A DNA stretch of 64,000 bases from NCBI RefSeq assembly GCF_001194135.2, contig NC_068997.1, positions 12,423,923 through 12,487,922 of the forward strand. The letters run 5' to 3'. Below, one piece after another: positions 35,436 to 49,925 of this stretch; the first letter of the stretch is position 1, and every line of letters begins with the position of its first letter. Both the position numbers and the translations under genes were made by a program. The DNA comes from Octopus bimaculoides (Eukaryota). The notes beneath the pieces are model-generated. The model was not told the DNA's origin. It searched no databases and saw only the letters and a program-made list of their open reading frames with translations.

Positions 35436-37813
35436 AAGAGTTTTCTATGTATTATGTTGTTGATATTGTTGTTTCTGCTACTGCTGCTGCTGCTGTTGCT
35501 TTTGTTGTTATTTTTTCATATTCAAGTGATTTTTTTTTGTTTTAATTTTTTTTTTCAACTAACAATTTTTGAGTTTTGTCTCAATTTAAAAAAAAAAAGG
35601 ATTTTTTTTTTCTCAACACCTCCCTACCAACATTGTAAATATATATTTTTTCNNNNNNNNNNNNNNNNNNNNNNNNNNNNNNNNNNNNNNNNNNNNNNNN
35701 NNNNNNNNNNNNNNNNNNNNNNNNNNNNNNNNNNNNNNNNNNNNNNNNNNNNNNNNNNNNNNNNNNNNNNNNNNNNNNNNNNNNNNNNNNNNNNNNNNNN
35801 NNNNNNNNNNNNNNNNNNNNNNNNNNNNNNNNNNNNNNNNNNNNNNNNNNNNNNNNNNNNNNNNNNNNNNNNNNNNNNNNNNNNNNNNNNNNNNNNNNNN
35901 NNNNNNNNNNNNNNNNNNNNNNNNNNNNNNNNNNNNNNNNNNNNNNNNNNNNNNNNNNNNNNNNNNNNNNNNNNNNNNNNNNNNNNNNNNNNNNNNNNNN
36001 NNNNNNNNNNNNNNNNNNNNNNNNNNNNNNNNNNNNNNNNNNNNNNNNNNNNNNNNNNNNNNNNNNNNNNNNNNNNNNNNNNNNNNNNNNNNNNNNNNNN
36101 NNNNNNNNNNNNNNNNNNNNNNNNNNNNNNNNNNNNNNNNNNNNNNNNNNNNNNNNNNNNNNNNNNNNNNNNNNNNNNNNNNNNNNNNNNNNNNNNNNNN
36201 NNNNNNNNNNNNNNNNNNNNNNNNNNNNNNNNNNNNNNNNNNNNNNNNNNNNNNNNNNNNNNNNNNNNNNNNNNNNNNNNNNNNNNNNNNNNNNNNAAAA
36301 TCCACTGTCACATATAGAAAAATTAATAATTAAAAGCACAATAAATAAGTATAATATAATACAAAATCCACTTGTGACATTGGATTTTCATCGATGAGTT
36401 CATGAACCTTGGGTTTTTTCCCTAAAACTATATATTTATATATATATATATATATATATATAAAGAGAGACTGACCCAGGAATTGAACTCATGTTCTCCA
36501 AGTAAATCACTACAATTGATGCTTAATTCTCCAGGCGTGCAATGAGCAAGTGGCTGGGTGAATATCCTTGGTGTGGACAATGGAATGAGAATAATTCTAC
36601 CTGCCCCGCTTCCTTGTGGATTTATTAAAAGGTTTGACTTGAAATTCCAGGAATATTACCAAATATGAAAGATAAAAGTTTGGAGAATACAACAACGCTA
36701 ACATTGTGATTATTATAACAATTAAACGAGGACACTCATCTGAATATATTAACGAATAATATTGGTAACTCTTCATCTCAGTAATTCAGATGAAATTCAT
36801 CTCTAGGGATAAACATGTTTTTTTTTTTCTTTTTTAACAATACTTACATTTGTACAAAGTTTCAATCAGTTTGATTCCTGGTTGTCATCAAATGCTATGG
36901 TTGCTAGAGGCTTATATGTGTACATAGTACCAGGCTAGGTTGGAACTCGGTACCTAGTAGTTCTAAACAAAGCGTCATAACATTCTTATTCACTATGCCG
37001 TTACACATCCAGTGTGGAAACTATGTCCATATCCAGAAATATAATTTCTGATGATGACCAAGATCAAACAAATTGAAATGTGATTGTAAATATTTAAGAA
37101 GAAAAAAAAAAAAAAAAAANNNNNNNNNNNNNNNNNNNNNNNNNNNNNNNNNNNNNNNNNNNNNNNNNNNNNNNNNNNNNNNNNNNNNNNNNNNNNNNNN
37201 NNNNNNNNNNNNNNNNNNNNNNNNNNNNNNNNNNNNNNNNNNNNNNNNNNNNNNNNNNNNNNNNNNNNNNNNNNNNNNNNNNNNNNNNNNNNNNNNNNNN
37301 NNNNNNNNNNNNNNNNNNNNNNNNNNNNNNNNNNNNNNNNNNNNNNNNNNNNNNNNNNNNNNNNNNNNNNNNNNNNNNNNNNNNNNNNNNNNNNNNNNNN
37401 NNNNNNNNNNNNNNNNNNNNNNNNNNNNNNNNNNNNNNNNNNNNNNNNNNNNNNNNNNNNNNNNNNNNNNNNNNNNNNNNNNNNNNNNNNNNNNNNNNNN
37501 NNNNNNNNNNNNNNNNNNNNNNNNNNNNNNNNNNNNNNNNNNNNNNNNNNNNNNNNNNNNNNNNNNNNNNNNNNNNNNNNNNNNNNNNNNNNNNNNNNNN
37601 NNNNNNNNNNNNNNNNNNNNNNNNNNNNNNNNNNNNNNNNNNNNNNNNNNNNNNNNNNNNNNNNNNNNNNNNNNNNNNNNNNNNNNNNNNNNNNNNNNNN
37701 NNNNNNNNNNNNNNNNNNNNNNNNNNNNNNNNNNNNNNNNNNNNNNNNNNNNNNNNNNNNNNNNNNNNNNNNNNNNNNNNNNNNNNNNNNNNNNNNNNNN
37801 NNNNNNNNNNNNN

Positions 37814-38150
37814 TTATATTGTTGGCACTCCGTCGCTTACGACGTCGAGGGTTCCAGTTGATCCGATCAACGGAACAGCCTGCTCGTGAAATTGACGTGC
37901 AAGTGGCTGAGCATTCCACAGACACGTGTACCCTTAACGTAGTTCTCGGGAATATTCAGCATGACACAATGTGACAAGGCTGACCCTTTGAATTACAGGC
38001 ACAACAGAAACGGGAAGTAAGAGTGAGAGAAAGTTGTGGCGAAAGAGTACAGCAGGGTTCGCCACCATCCCCTGCCGGAGCCTCGTGGAGCTTTAGGTGT
38101 ATTCGCTCAATAAACACTCACAACGCCCAGTCTGGGAATCGAAACCGCGA
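37814..38150 (-). mobile_element. Family D SINE, near full length
   Basis: Reverse complement of the 51175-51540 copy. Confidence 0.85.
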
Positions 38151-40567
38151 TCCTATATAATTCAATGTGTTATCCTCTCTCTCCAAAATTTGGCCTTGTG
38201 CCTTTTCCAAAAGTGTTATAGACCTTCATATTCTGAGTTCAGATCACACCAAGGTCAGCTTTGCCTTTCTACTTTCTAGGGGGTCAGTCTTATAAAGTAC
38301 CAATCAAGTAGTTGGGGAGGTGGAGGGCCGATACAATCAGCTACCTCTAAGTGTAATGCTTATTCTGTGTTAGAGAGTATTATTATAATTAAGGCGATGA
38401 GCTGGCTGAATCATAAGCGGTATTTCGCCCATTGCTACGATCTGAATTCAAATTCCACCAAGGTTAACTTTGCCTTTCATTCTTTTGGGGTCAATAAATT
38501 AAGTATCAGTGAAAAACTGGGGTCGATGTATCTGACTAATCCTCTCAGTCCCAAAATTTCAGGCCTTGTGCCTATAGTAAGGATTATTATTATTATTATT
38601 ATTTTTCTTAAGGTTGAGCTTTGCTTTTACCCTTTGGGGAGATGGTGAGGGGAAACCTGGAAATCCTACCAGTCAAGAACTTAGGTTGGTATAATTGACT
38701 GCCTCCCAAATGTTTGACCTTGTTCCATTGTTAAATGTTTATCATTGTAATTCATCATCATCCTTTAATGTCTGTTTTCCATGCTGGCATGGGTCGGATG
38801 GTTTGGCAGGAGGTGTCCAGCTGGAGGGCTTCCCAGGCTCCAATTCTCTGTTTTGGCATGGTTTCTGCAGCCAGATGCCCTTCCTAATGCCAGCCACATT
38901 ATACCCAGTGAACTGGGTACTTTCTATGTGGCACCAATATGAGTGGTTCCACACAAGTGCAGTGCTTAATAATAAAAAGAAAAAAATACATGGGCAGTGG
39001 ATTAGCAAACTCAAAAATCTTCAGAGTGTCAGACAAAATGCCTTACTACATTAATTCCAGCTCTTTGCATTCTGAGTTCAAATCCTACCAAGGTGGGCTT
39101 TGACTTTCATCCCTTTTGGGGGTCAATAAAGCAAGTACTAGTTGAGCCCTGTGGTCTTTGTAACTGACCAGGTCCCTCCCCCCAAAATTGTTGACCTCAT
39201 GCCTAAAATAGAATGGATTATTACGATTGATACTGCACATAAGCCATTGAAAGTTACCTGAGGTTATTGTTACTGAGGGCTGTTGATAGACAGAATCAGT
39301 AGAGCATTGGACTAAATGACTTGTGGTATTTACATTATAGTTATAATTTCAGTTCCTGCAAGGGCCAGCTTTGCTCCTTATCCTTAAGGGATTGATGTAA
39401 TTAAGTAATGATAGCAATTTAATTAACAATACTTATTGCAGTGTTGTACCAAAGTTAGAAGTTCTTAATAGAATCATTAGGGAATCAGGTAAACTGCTGA
39501 GCTGCATTTCATTCAACTTTGTTCTGAGTTTGAATTTCACTGAGGTTAACTTTGCCTTTCATCTTTTTGGGGTTGATAAAATTAGTACCAGTTGAACACT
39601 GGGGTCAATGTAATCAACTTAGCCCCTCATCTGAAATTGCTGGCCTTGTGCCAAAATTTGAAATGGTAATTCTGCACTGAGCTAGCAGAATCGTTAGCAG
39701 GCTGGATAAAATGCTTAGTGGCATTCCAGCTGTCTTTGGGTTCGGAGCTCAAATTCTTCTGAGGTTGACTTTGATTTTCATCCTTTCAGGGTAGATAAAA
39801 CAAATACCAGTCAAGTACTGGGGTCAATGTAATCGACTTCCCCCCACTTCAAAAACTGTTGACCCTGTGCTAAAATGTGAAACCATTATTATTGTTATTA
39901 CTGTGGTAGTGTTGGACAAAAGTATTTAATAATGTTCTGAGATGAAATCCTGTAAAACTAATTTTTCTTCTTATACACCAGTAATATAATGAAGCAGAAA
40001 TATGCCAAGTGAAATAGACCTCTCCAAATTTCTGATCCTGTGTCAAATCACAAGAACATTTTTCCTGAAAGGAGAGTTGCTGACAGATTCAATAGGATGG
40101 TGGACAGTCTTTTGTAACATCTTATATTTGGTAGTTCAAGTCCCCACAAGGCTGACTCTGCTCTTCCTGCATTTGTGAGATGTTAAAATAAGTACCAGTG
40201 GCATACTAGGGAGGGGGTCTGGTGATATAGTTAAATCTACCTTATCTTTGATAAAATGCCATGCAGTACTTTTTCTGCTTCTTAACCTTCTAAGTTCAAA
40301 ACCTCAGCCATTTGCACGTTAATTTCACAAGCAAGCTCTTCCATTGATTGTATCAGCTGGGATGCTCATCATCATAACCAAAGGAGTGCTCCTTAAATGC
40401 ATCGTCACCATTGTTTAACGTCCGCTTTCCATGCTAGCATGGGTTGGATGATTTGACTGAGGACTGGCAAACCAGATGGCTGCACCAGGCTCCAATCTGA
40501 TCTGGCAGAGTTTCTACAGCTGGATGCCCTTCCTAACGCCAACCACTCTAAGAGTATATATATATTC

Positions 40568-41370
40568 TTTTAGTTTCAGTCATTTGACTCTGGCCATGCT
40601 GGGGCACTACCGTTAGTCGAACAAATCGATCCCATGACTTAACTTATTCTTTGTAAGCCTAGTACTTATTCTATCAGTCTCTTTTGCTGAACTACTTAAG
40701 TTACGGGGATGTAAACACACCAACATCGGTTGTCAAACGATGGTGGGGTGACAAACACAGACAAACAAATATATATATATATGTATATATATAGGCGTAG
40801 GTGTGGCTGTGTGGTAAGCAGCTTGCTTACCAACCACATGGTTCTGGGTTCAGTCTCACTGCGTGGCACCTTGGGCAAGTGTCTTCTACTATAGCCTTGG
40901 GCCGACCAAAGCCTTGTGAGTGGATTTGGTAGACGGAAACTGAAAGAAGCCCGTCGTATATATATGTATATATATATATGTGTGTGTGTGTGTGTATATG
41001 TTTGTGTGTCTGTGTTTGTCCCCCCCAACATCGCTTGACAACCGATGCTGGTGTGTTTACGTCCCCGTAACTTAGCGGTTCGGCAAAAAGAGACCGATAG
41101 TATAAGTACTAGGCTTCCAAAGAATAAGTCCTGGGGTCGATTTGCTCGACTATAAAGGCGGTGCTCCAGCATGGCTGCAGTCAAATGACTGAAACAAGTA
41201 AAAGAGTATATACGATGGGCTTCTTTCAGTTTCTATCTACCAAATCCACTCACAAGGCTTTGGTTGGCCCGAGGTTATAGTAGAAGACACTTGCCCAAGG
41301 TGCCATGCAGTGGGACTGAACCTGGAACCACGTGGTTGGTAAGCAAGCTACTTACCACAGCCTCTCCTAT
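40568..41370. mobile_element. CORE-like tRNA SINE (family B): full sense copy 40793-41208 nested in an antisense copy
   Basis: Antisense 3' half at 40568-40790 and antisense 5' half at 41209-41370 flank a complete sense copy. Core GTGGCACCTTGGGCAAGTGTCTT; internal (TA)n(TG)n. Confidence 0.88.
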
Positions 41371-41379
41371 ATATAGTTC

Positions 41380-42330
41380 AAATTCCGCTGTGGTTGACTT
41401 TTCCTTTCATCCTTTTGAGATCAATTAAATAAGTACCAGTTATGCATTGGGGTCGATTTTATCAACTATCCCCCTTCCCCCAAAATTTTGAAGGCTTTGT
41501 GCCTAGTGTAGAAATAATAATAATAATAATAATTATTATTATTAAGGTGGAGAGCTGGCAGAAACATTAGAATTCTGTGTGAAATGCTTAGCAGTATTTC
41601 ATGTCTTTACATTCTGAGTTCAAATTCCACCAGGGTCGACTTTGCCTTTCATCCTTTTGGGGGTCGATTAAATAAGTAGCAGTTACACAATGGGGTCAAG
41701 GTAATTGACTTAATCCCCTCCCACAAGTTGTGGCAAAAGTTTGAAATCAACATCATCATTATTATTATTACGGTGGAGAGCTGGCAGAATCGTTAGCACG
41801 CCAAGCAAAAATGCTTAGCGATGAGATCAATTGTCCCCCTCCACACAAAATTTCAGGCCTTGTACCTATAGTAGAAAGGATTATTATTATTATTACTGAA
41901 AGCTGAATAGCAAAATCATTAAAGCTTTAGATGTTCTAGCTTTTTAAATTGAGAGTTCAAACCCTGTGAAAGTCAGCTTTATTTTACATTCCACTGGGGT
42001 TTGATAAAATAATTTGCTAGTCAAGTTCTGGGTGGTAAGGAATTTAATCAACTAAGTTCGTTAAATCTTTGGACAATTACTATTATTATTATTATTAAGG
42101 TGGTGAGCTGGCAGAAACGTTAGCACACCGGGCAAAATACTTAGCAGTATTTTGTCTGTTTTCATGTTCTGAGTTCAAATTCCATTGAGGTTGACTTTGC
42201 CTTTCATCATTTTGGGGATCGATAAATTAAGTACCAGTTGCATACTGGGTCGATCTAATCGAGTAGGCCCCTCTCCCCAAATTTGAGGACATGTGCCTAT
42301 AGTAGAAAGGATTATTATTATTATTAACCT
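41380..42330 (+). mobile_element. Second family A SINE train
   Basis: Four to five copies separated by (AAT/ATT)n tracts. Confidence 0.85.
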
Positions 42331-44470
42331 CAGTTCAAATCTTACCAAGATTAACTTTGCCATTCATTCCTCTGTGGTTGAGAGAATAAATATCTCTCAT
42401 ATACTGAGCTTGATCCAGATGACTATAGCCCATCCCTACATCTAACTACATGACCTGAGACAAGCTTAGAAATCATCACAGTCATCATCATCATCATTGC
42501 TATCATCATGATTATCATCTTTACCATTATCAATATTTATTGAACTATTCCTGGTGAAACTGTTAAAAAAATAATATCAATTTCTAAATATCAAGAATTC
42601 CATAAAATCAATTGATAAACGTTAACCTGTTTTTAATTAACATCTTTTTCTGAAGTTTTTATATCATTTATCCATTTTATATACATATATATATATATAT
42701 ATATATAATTTGATGCTTTTTAAACGTGCATGCATTTTTATGTATTGTATGGATGAGTGGAATTTATGTATATATATGTATACACACACACACACACGTG
42801 TGTTTGTGTCAGTATGTGTGTATATATATATATGTGTGTGTGTGTTGTCTAATGAATGCAGGAGTTAGATGTGAGCTACTTCAAGTTTCATGCTTGGTCA
42901 GATAATGCAGTAATTGGATATGCTTGTACATAGTACAGTACGCAAGCCTGTCTGATTACCACACTATCTCACCAATCATGAAACCTGAAGTAGCTCATGT
43001 ATAACTATTGCATTCATTAAATGATATCTATTTCTTGTTGAAATGAGTGCTTTTTTGCTGATCCAAAATATGGACATAACAGCTAATGATTTTGAGGATA
43101 GATTTAAGCAATATACATCCTCCATCAGATGTAGAGACAGAGAAAACTCCATTTTCTTGACTGGACACTCCAGAACCAAGGAAATGACTTCCTCATGTTA
43201 CATGGAATGAACTTGAATGCATTCTTTGACTACCGGGGTCAATGCAATTGACCAGGCTCCAGAAAGGATTATTATTTGAAACCATTATCATTATTATTAT
43301 TATTATCAGCAGTTGCATCAAAGAAAAAAAACCATCAACTGGCAGAATTGTTAACATGTCAAACAAAATGCCTCATATTATTTGTTCCAAATCTAATTCT
43401 GTGTTCAAATCTTGCTGAGATCAGCTTTACTTTTCATCCCTCTAGGGCCGATAAAATAAAGTACCAGTTATTTACTGGAGTCAATATAATTGATAATCCC
43501 CTTCCCCTAAATCCCAGGCTTTCTGCCTGAGTTAGAAATTATTGTTAAGCTGTAAATTAGCAGAGTCAGTAGAGCGTAGAGAAAATGTCTTGTGGCAGTT
43601 GTTTCAGCTCTTTACATTCTGAGTTCAAATCATACCGGAGTTTAGCTTTGCTTTTCCTCCACCTAGTTTCAATGAATTAAATCAGTGGTTCCCAAAGTGG
43701 GCAGTATTGCACCCTTTGGGGCAGTGGAAAGTTTCATAGGGGCTAAACAAATCGATTACATCGACTCCAGTGTGTAACTGGTACTTAATTTATTGACCCC
43801 AAAAGGATGAAAGGCAGAGTCGACATTAGCAGAATTTGAACTCAGAACGTAACGGTAGACGAAATACCGCTAAGCATTTCACCTGGCTTTATACCGTTTC
43901 TGCCAGCTTGCTGCTTTGGCATGGTTTCTATGGCTGGATATCTTTCCTAATGAAAACTACAATAGTTGTGTATCATTTACTTTGAAAGACATAATGACAG
44001 ATTAATTCGACATAAATCTTGTAATTATCAGGATATGTGAAGTATGGATCAACATGTCCCATGCAAGTTGTCAGTAGAACAATTTGATTCCGTTTACTAT
44101 TCCTGTTATTAAAAACCACACAAACATAAACAAACCAAAGAAGGAGTCTCCATGAGGTCACTTCATGTGCTAGACATTACAGCTTAATCTCCCTTGAATC
44201 ACACTCTACTGCATTAAAAAAGAACTGACAGAGACTACGTTTATATAGATACAAAAAAGGACAGAATGGTCAAGGATGGAATGCCCTTGTTGTTATTTAG
44301 ACCTAGGTTGTCTCTGCTTCATCAGAGCAGATGTAAGTCTAGAAAACAGCAACAACAACACTCACAAAGACACAGAACACAAACAGAAAAGCAAGCAAGA
44401 CAGAGATGGATTAACTGAATTTAATAGCAATGAAGTACATAATATATGCTGTCTAGGCCCCATCACAGCA

Positions 44471-44921
44471 TCACTTTGATTTTGATGATGCGCTGGAGCT
44501 GTCCTTTTTGTCAGAGTCCTTTTTCTCTTTGTCGTTGTCCTTCTCATCCTTTTTCTCTTTCTTCTCTTTGTCTTTCTCCTTGCCTTCGCTCTTCTCAGCA
44601 TCACGGTTCTGGATTTTGTTGTTGATGAGATTGTGCAGTGCAATGATGCTGCGTATTAGAGCAGCGACATACACGACCAGGTATTGGTCGTTAGTTTTAA
44701 CGTACATTGCCTTCACAAATTCAAGCAGGTTGACGTCAGGCAGCAGGTTAAAGACATCCTGGAGGTGGTATATGATCTGATGGTTAACTGGTAGTTGTCC
44801 GGAGGCCACCTTCTGCAGGTACCGACTCACGTCCTCTATGTGGTTGTGCAGACCTTTAAGACCTGTTAACTGGTTTGTTATTCTTTGTGACAGAGTACCT
44901 ACAGTTGTATCTTTGATATCC
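44471..44921 (-). CDS. PSMD7: 26S proteasome lid subunit Rpn8 (PSMD7), last coding exon
   Basis: (R)[63 protein letters not shown]...[11 protein letters not shown], then the KEKE-like tail and stop. Acceptor ATAACAG. Confidence 0.97.
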
Positions 44922-46986
44922 CTGTTATGTGAAATAAAAAAAAAATATCAGTGATATATATAAAAAAAAGCTATACACACACACACACATATATATATCT
45001 TATCTTTTACTTGTTTCAATTATTAGACTGCAACCATACTGGGGCAACTCCTTGAAGAATTTTAGTTGAATGAATTGACCTCACTACTTTTATCTAGAGC
45101 ATGGTAGTTATTCTATCAATCTCTTTTGCTGAACCACTAAGTTACAGGGATGTAAACACACCAGCACCAGTTGTCAAGTGGTGGCAGGGGAACAAACACA
45201 GACACAAACACACATATCTACCAAATCCACTCACAAGGCTTTAATTAGCCCGAGACTATAGTAGAAGACACTTGTCCAAGGTGCCATGAAGTGGGACTGT
45301 ACCCAGAACCATGTAGTTGGAAGCAAGCTTCTTACCACACAACCCCAATAAAACTGCAAAGCATTCGAAGGGGTGCAAATCATCCTATTATTATTATTAT
45401 TTGTTTAACATCTGTTTTTCTATGCAAGTGGGAGTTAAATACAGACATGAAGCAGGATTTTATGGCTGGATTCTCATCTTGTCACCAACCATCACTTGTT
45501 ATTTTTCAAGAAAGAAATTTCTTTCCACACCAGAAGTCTTCAAAAGCACAAAATAACTGGTCATAATGTCAACAAGGAATGCCAACACCACCAATTTCGT
45601 TGAAGGAGTGATAAGCATAGAATATCACCCCCATTGCAATATCAACACTCATGCCAACAGACACACACAAGTGCCAATGCACGAAGCGCTCGGACCTTTA
45701 CTCACTCTGTTACTTCTGCTAAATATTAATAAAAATATACATTTACTAACAATTAAAGTTAATTGCCCCATCAAAGTGGTTGTTCCGTGTTACTACTAGT
45801 TTAACCCCAAGCAGATCTCTCGCCCGCTGGTAATCGGTGTGATGCTGCACCCTGTATCATCATCGTTTAACGTCCGCTTTCCATGCTAGCATGGGTTGGA
45901 TGATTTGACTGAGAACTGGTGAACCAGGTGGCTACACCAGGCTCCAATCTGATTTGGCAGAGTTTCTACAAAATATATATGCAATATATATTGCTAGCAG
46001 GGGGAGCGAACCCCTACCATCCTCTAGCAGAACAACAAGATCGTGAAACTCAAACACTTTAGGCAATAAGTGCTGAAAAATACCAACAGTCTTTTCAAGT
46101 TACCTCTAGTGGAATTGATAAATGTGGTTTTGATTACTTGGTTATCATCATCTCCATGAACTGCAAGAGAGATAACGCTGAAACGAATTTGGAAACTGTA
46201 TTTTCTATAGCAACCCTCACTCGCTTCAAAGTGATGTAGTATTTCTCCATGTCTTTGCAACGGTGAACAGTTCAAAGGCTGGACATGTTTTTGTAGAAGA
46301 TTGCATGAACGGTGACTTTGTTTTTAGTTAGCACACAAATGTAGATACAGTCCTAACACATAGATATGTCAGTGCTATGTAAACATACCAGTGCTGGTAA
46401 CATGTTAAAAAGGCACCCAGCATTTTCGGTGTTGGAAAGGGCATCAAGTTGTAGAGACCATGCCAAAACAGACAAGTGGAGTCTAGCCAGCTCCTGTCAA
46501 AATTGTTCAACCCATGCCACCTGGTAAACGGATGTTAAATGATGATGATGATGATATGTGGATGGGTGTCTGATGGCTCTCTTGCAGCTTCCATCCGCCC
46601 AATTCCCTCACAAACCACTGCTCAGCCTGCGACTATAGTAGAAAATATTAGACAAGTGCATGTGGTTCTAAAACAGCTCCTAATCTAGTCATATCTGCAC
46701 ACACAAAAAACACACACCATATATAGGTATGTTTTTATAACATATATGTGTGGGTGTGCACACTGGCATGAACTGGTGGTAAACAGTGTATTAAATGAAA
46801 ATTCTCTGTTGTATATAGCCATGTTTCAGTGAGCTGTCTTTGCTTGTAGCTGACCTTGTCTTTCCTACCTTTTCACGCCAAGATCAATGAAACAAGCACT
46901 AGACCAAGCAAACAGTTGATATAATCAACTATATAATAACTTGTAAGTGGTGCACCAGCTTGGCCACAGTGCCACGACTGCAATCA

Positions 46987-47142
<156 letters not shown>

Positions 47143-48218
47143 CTAAGGAAGATAATGTCAATAGCTGTGACATCAGAGTAACCTTTAATAGTTATGAATC
47201 ACAAAAGCACCTCCAGTCCTTACACACCCACATTTTACTCCACCTAGCTATATTCCTGGCCTCACAATAATATACGTGAGTGAAAATTGGGTTAGATTGA
47301 ATGGCCAAGGTTTTGTGAATAAATTTGGTAGCCAGTGCCGATGGACTGGCTCCTGTGCAGGTGGCACGTAAAATACACCATTTTGAGTGTGGCTGTTGCC
47401 AGTACCGCCTGACTAGCCCTCGTGCCGGTGGCACGTAAAAGCACCCACTACACTATCGGAGTGGTTGGCGTTAGGAAGGGCATCCAGCTGTAGAAACTCT
47501 GCCAAATCAGATTGGAGCCTGATGTCGCCTCCTAGTCCACCAGTCCTCAGTCAAATCGTCCAACCCATGCTAGCATGGAAAGCGGACGTTAAACGACGAT
47601 GATGAAACTAAAAGGAGCCCATTGTAAGTCAGGGTACTGGAAAGTTTCTGGCTTTAAGGGTATTGCAAAAGGCCTGGTTGGAGGCCCCAACCGTCCAAGT
47701 TCATTTACAGGGTTTAAAAAAAACTGAAGGATCGCTGCAATAAGCGTGAGAATTTGAGAGAGGAATAAAATCAGAATTCACTGATCCGCCTGTATTTTCT
47801 TTTACTCAAAGCCAGAAGCTTTTCAGCATCCCTTCATACGTGTGTGTGTGTGTGTGTGTGTGTGTGACTGTGTGAATGCTTGAAACTGTGCAGTGAGGTA
47901 CACTACAAACATTGTTTGTAGCTGAGCTGAAAGCAGGGACATCACCATTTGAAGTGGGGCTCTAAACAGAGACATTTGTTGGTATTTCTTATCAACAAAT
48001 TATAAGTTAGTTCTATGCTTTTGAATCCTTCTGGGATTAAAATTCCCTTGTTAGGAAAACAGGCAAGGGTTAGCAACAGGAAGAGCATCCATTCATAACA
48101 CCCCCTGTGTCAAATATCTCTCCATCTAATATTTGCTAGCAGCCAAAAACAGTTTAATGAACAAAAGAGTCAAAAGCTTAACTAAAATATCAAATATAAA
48201 TTGAAATATCATACTGAC

Positions 48219-48299
48219 ATCATGTACTTCTTCAACAGCAATGTAAGCTTCAGTAGGTAATCCAAGGTCTTTAGGTTTGGCATCAATAACAACAAGGAC
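48219..48299 (-). CDS. PSMD7: PSMD7 coding exon 4
   Basis: [27 protein letters not shown], 81 nt, AG/GT boundaries. Confidence 0.97.
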
Positions 48300-49429
48300 C
48301 TGTGACAAAAAAATTGAAAGTTTACTTATAAATAGGTGGACATTTAGAAGTGCAGACAAGTGAGAATGATGTAGAATGTTTATGGTAGTGAGACATTTTT
48401 TTTTATTTCATTCACTCATTTTCAGTCTCCTTCATTGGACACGAAACTCAGCTTGCGAAGACTTGTTGGGGCAAGCGAAAGCGAAATCGTAATGGCACCT
48501 GTGCCCAGCGTCGCCTTTCTGGCACTTGTGCCCGCGGCATGTGTAAGGACTTTCGAGCGAGATCGTTGCCAGTGCCCCTAGACTGGCTCTTGTGCAGGTG
48601 GCACATAAAATACACCATTTTGAGCGAGGCCGTTGCCAGTACCGCCTGACTGGCCTTCGTGCCAGTGGCACATAAAAGCACCTACTACACTCTCGGAGTG
48701 GTTGGCGTTAGGAAGGGCATCCAGCTGTAGAAACTCTGCCATAACAGATTGGAGCCTGGTGTAGCCTTCTAGTTTCACCANNNNNNNNNNNNNNNNNNNN
48801 NNNNNNNNNNNNNNNNNNNNNNNNNNNNNNNNNNNNNNNNNNNNNNNNNNNNNNNNNNNNNNNNNNNNNNNNNNNNNNNNNNNNNNNNNNNNNNNNNNNN
48901 NNNNNNNNNNNNNNNNNNNNNNNNNNNNNNNNNNNNNNNNNNNNNNNNNNNNNNNNNNNNNNNNNNNNNNNNNNNNNNNNNNNNNNNNNNNNNNNNNNNN
49001 NNNNNNNNNNNNNNNNNNNNNNNNNNNNNNNNNNNNNNNNNNNNNNNNNNNNNNNNNNNNNNNAGAGAAATAATATTCTTAAGATTATAAATTTGGAAAA
49101 GTACAGGACAGGTTATTACACTTGGAAAAGTTCAGGGCAAGTTATTACATCTGATAAAGTACAGAAGAAGAAAATTTTTACTTGGAATATTGCAGCTTAA
49201 GGATAAATTTCAAATAAAATATTAGCTTTTATTAAAATTAAAAAAATTTTTTTACAAGTTATTATTTCTATTTGTTATTGCTTGTTACTTCAATTAAAAA
49301 TAAAATATTTTTTGCACTTTAAAAAAAATCACTTTTTTATAATTATTAATTAATCATTAGAAGTTTTAAAATAGGTTATAAAAAAATAACAGTAGTACAA
49401 TAAACAAAATAATATGAAAATTAGTTATA

Positions 49430-49925
49430 TAAAGGGCCTTTGAGTCAATGTAGCAAAAACCAAAGTCCTAATAAGTAGGAAGGCAGACAAATCACAAACC
49501 CCTTCAGGTAGAAAAGGTGTAGGTGGAAACTCCATAAGATGTACGGAGGGTAAGCTATGGACACGTAAGAGGTGCAGCAATATCAAAGGAAGGGTAATCA
49601 AGATGATAGTTTTTGTGTGCGGCAGATGCACAGAGGCCAATAAACACCGAAGATGTTCAGGAAACAGATTCCATCACATGCCAGGGGAAGAAATTAAGAA
49701 GTAGTTGATAGCTTCTGCTATCTAGGCGACCAAGACTATAGTGGAGGTGGATGCTCTGAGAGCGTTGCCACTAGAATGAGAATAGCCTGGGCAAAGTTCA
49801 GAAAGCTCCTACCTATGCTGGTAAGAAAAAGCCTCTCACTCAGAGTAAAAGGTAGATTGTATGATGCATGTGTGCGAACAGCCATGCTACATGGCAGTGA
49901 AACATGGGCCATGACAGTTGAAGAC
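49430..49925 (+). mobile_element. RTE LINE reverse-transcriptase C-terminal relic
   Basis: KGLxVNVAKTKVL..VVDSFCYLGD..SGGGCSESVATRMRIAWAKFRKLLPML..RVKGRLYDACVRTAMLHGSETW. Confidence 0.9.

Noticed and set aside
44508-44780. Plus-strand S/F-rich ORF
   Set aside because: Antisense shadow of the PSMD7 KEKE tail.
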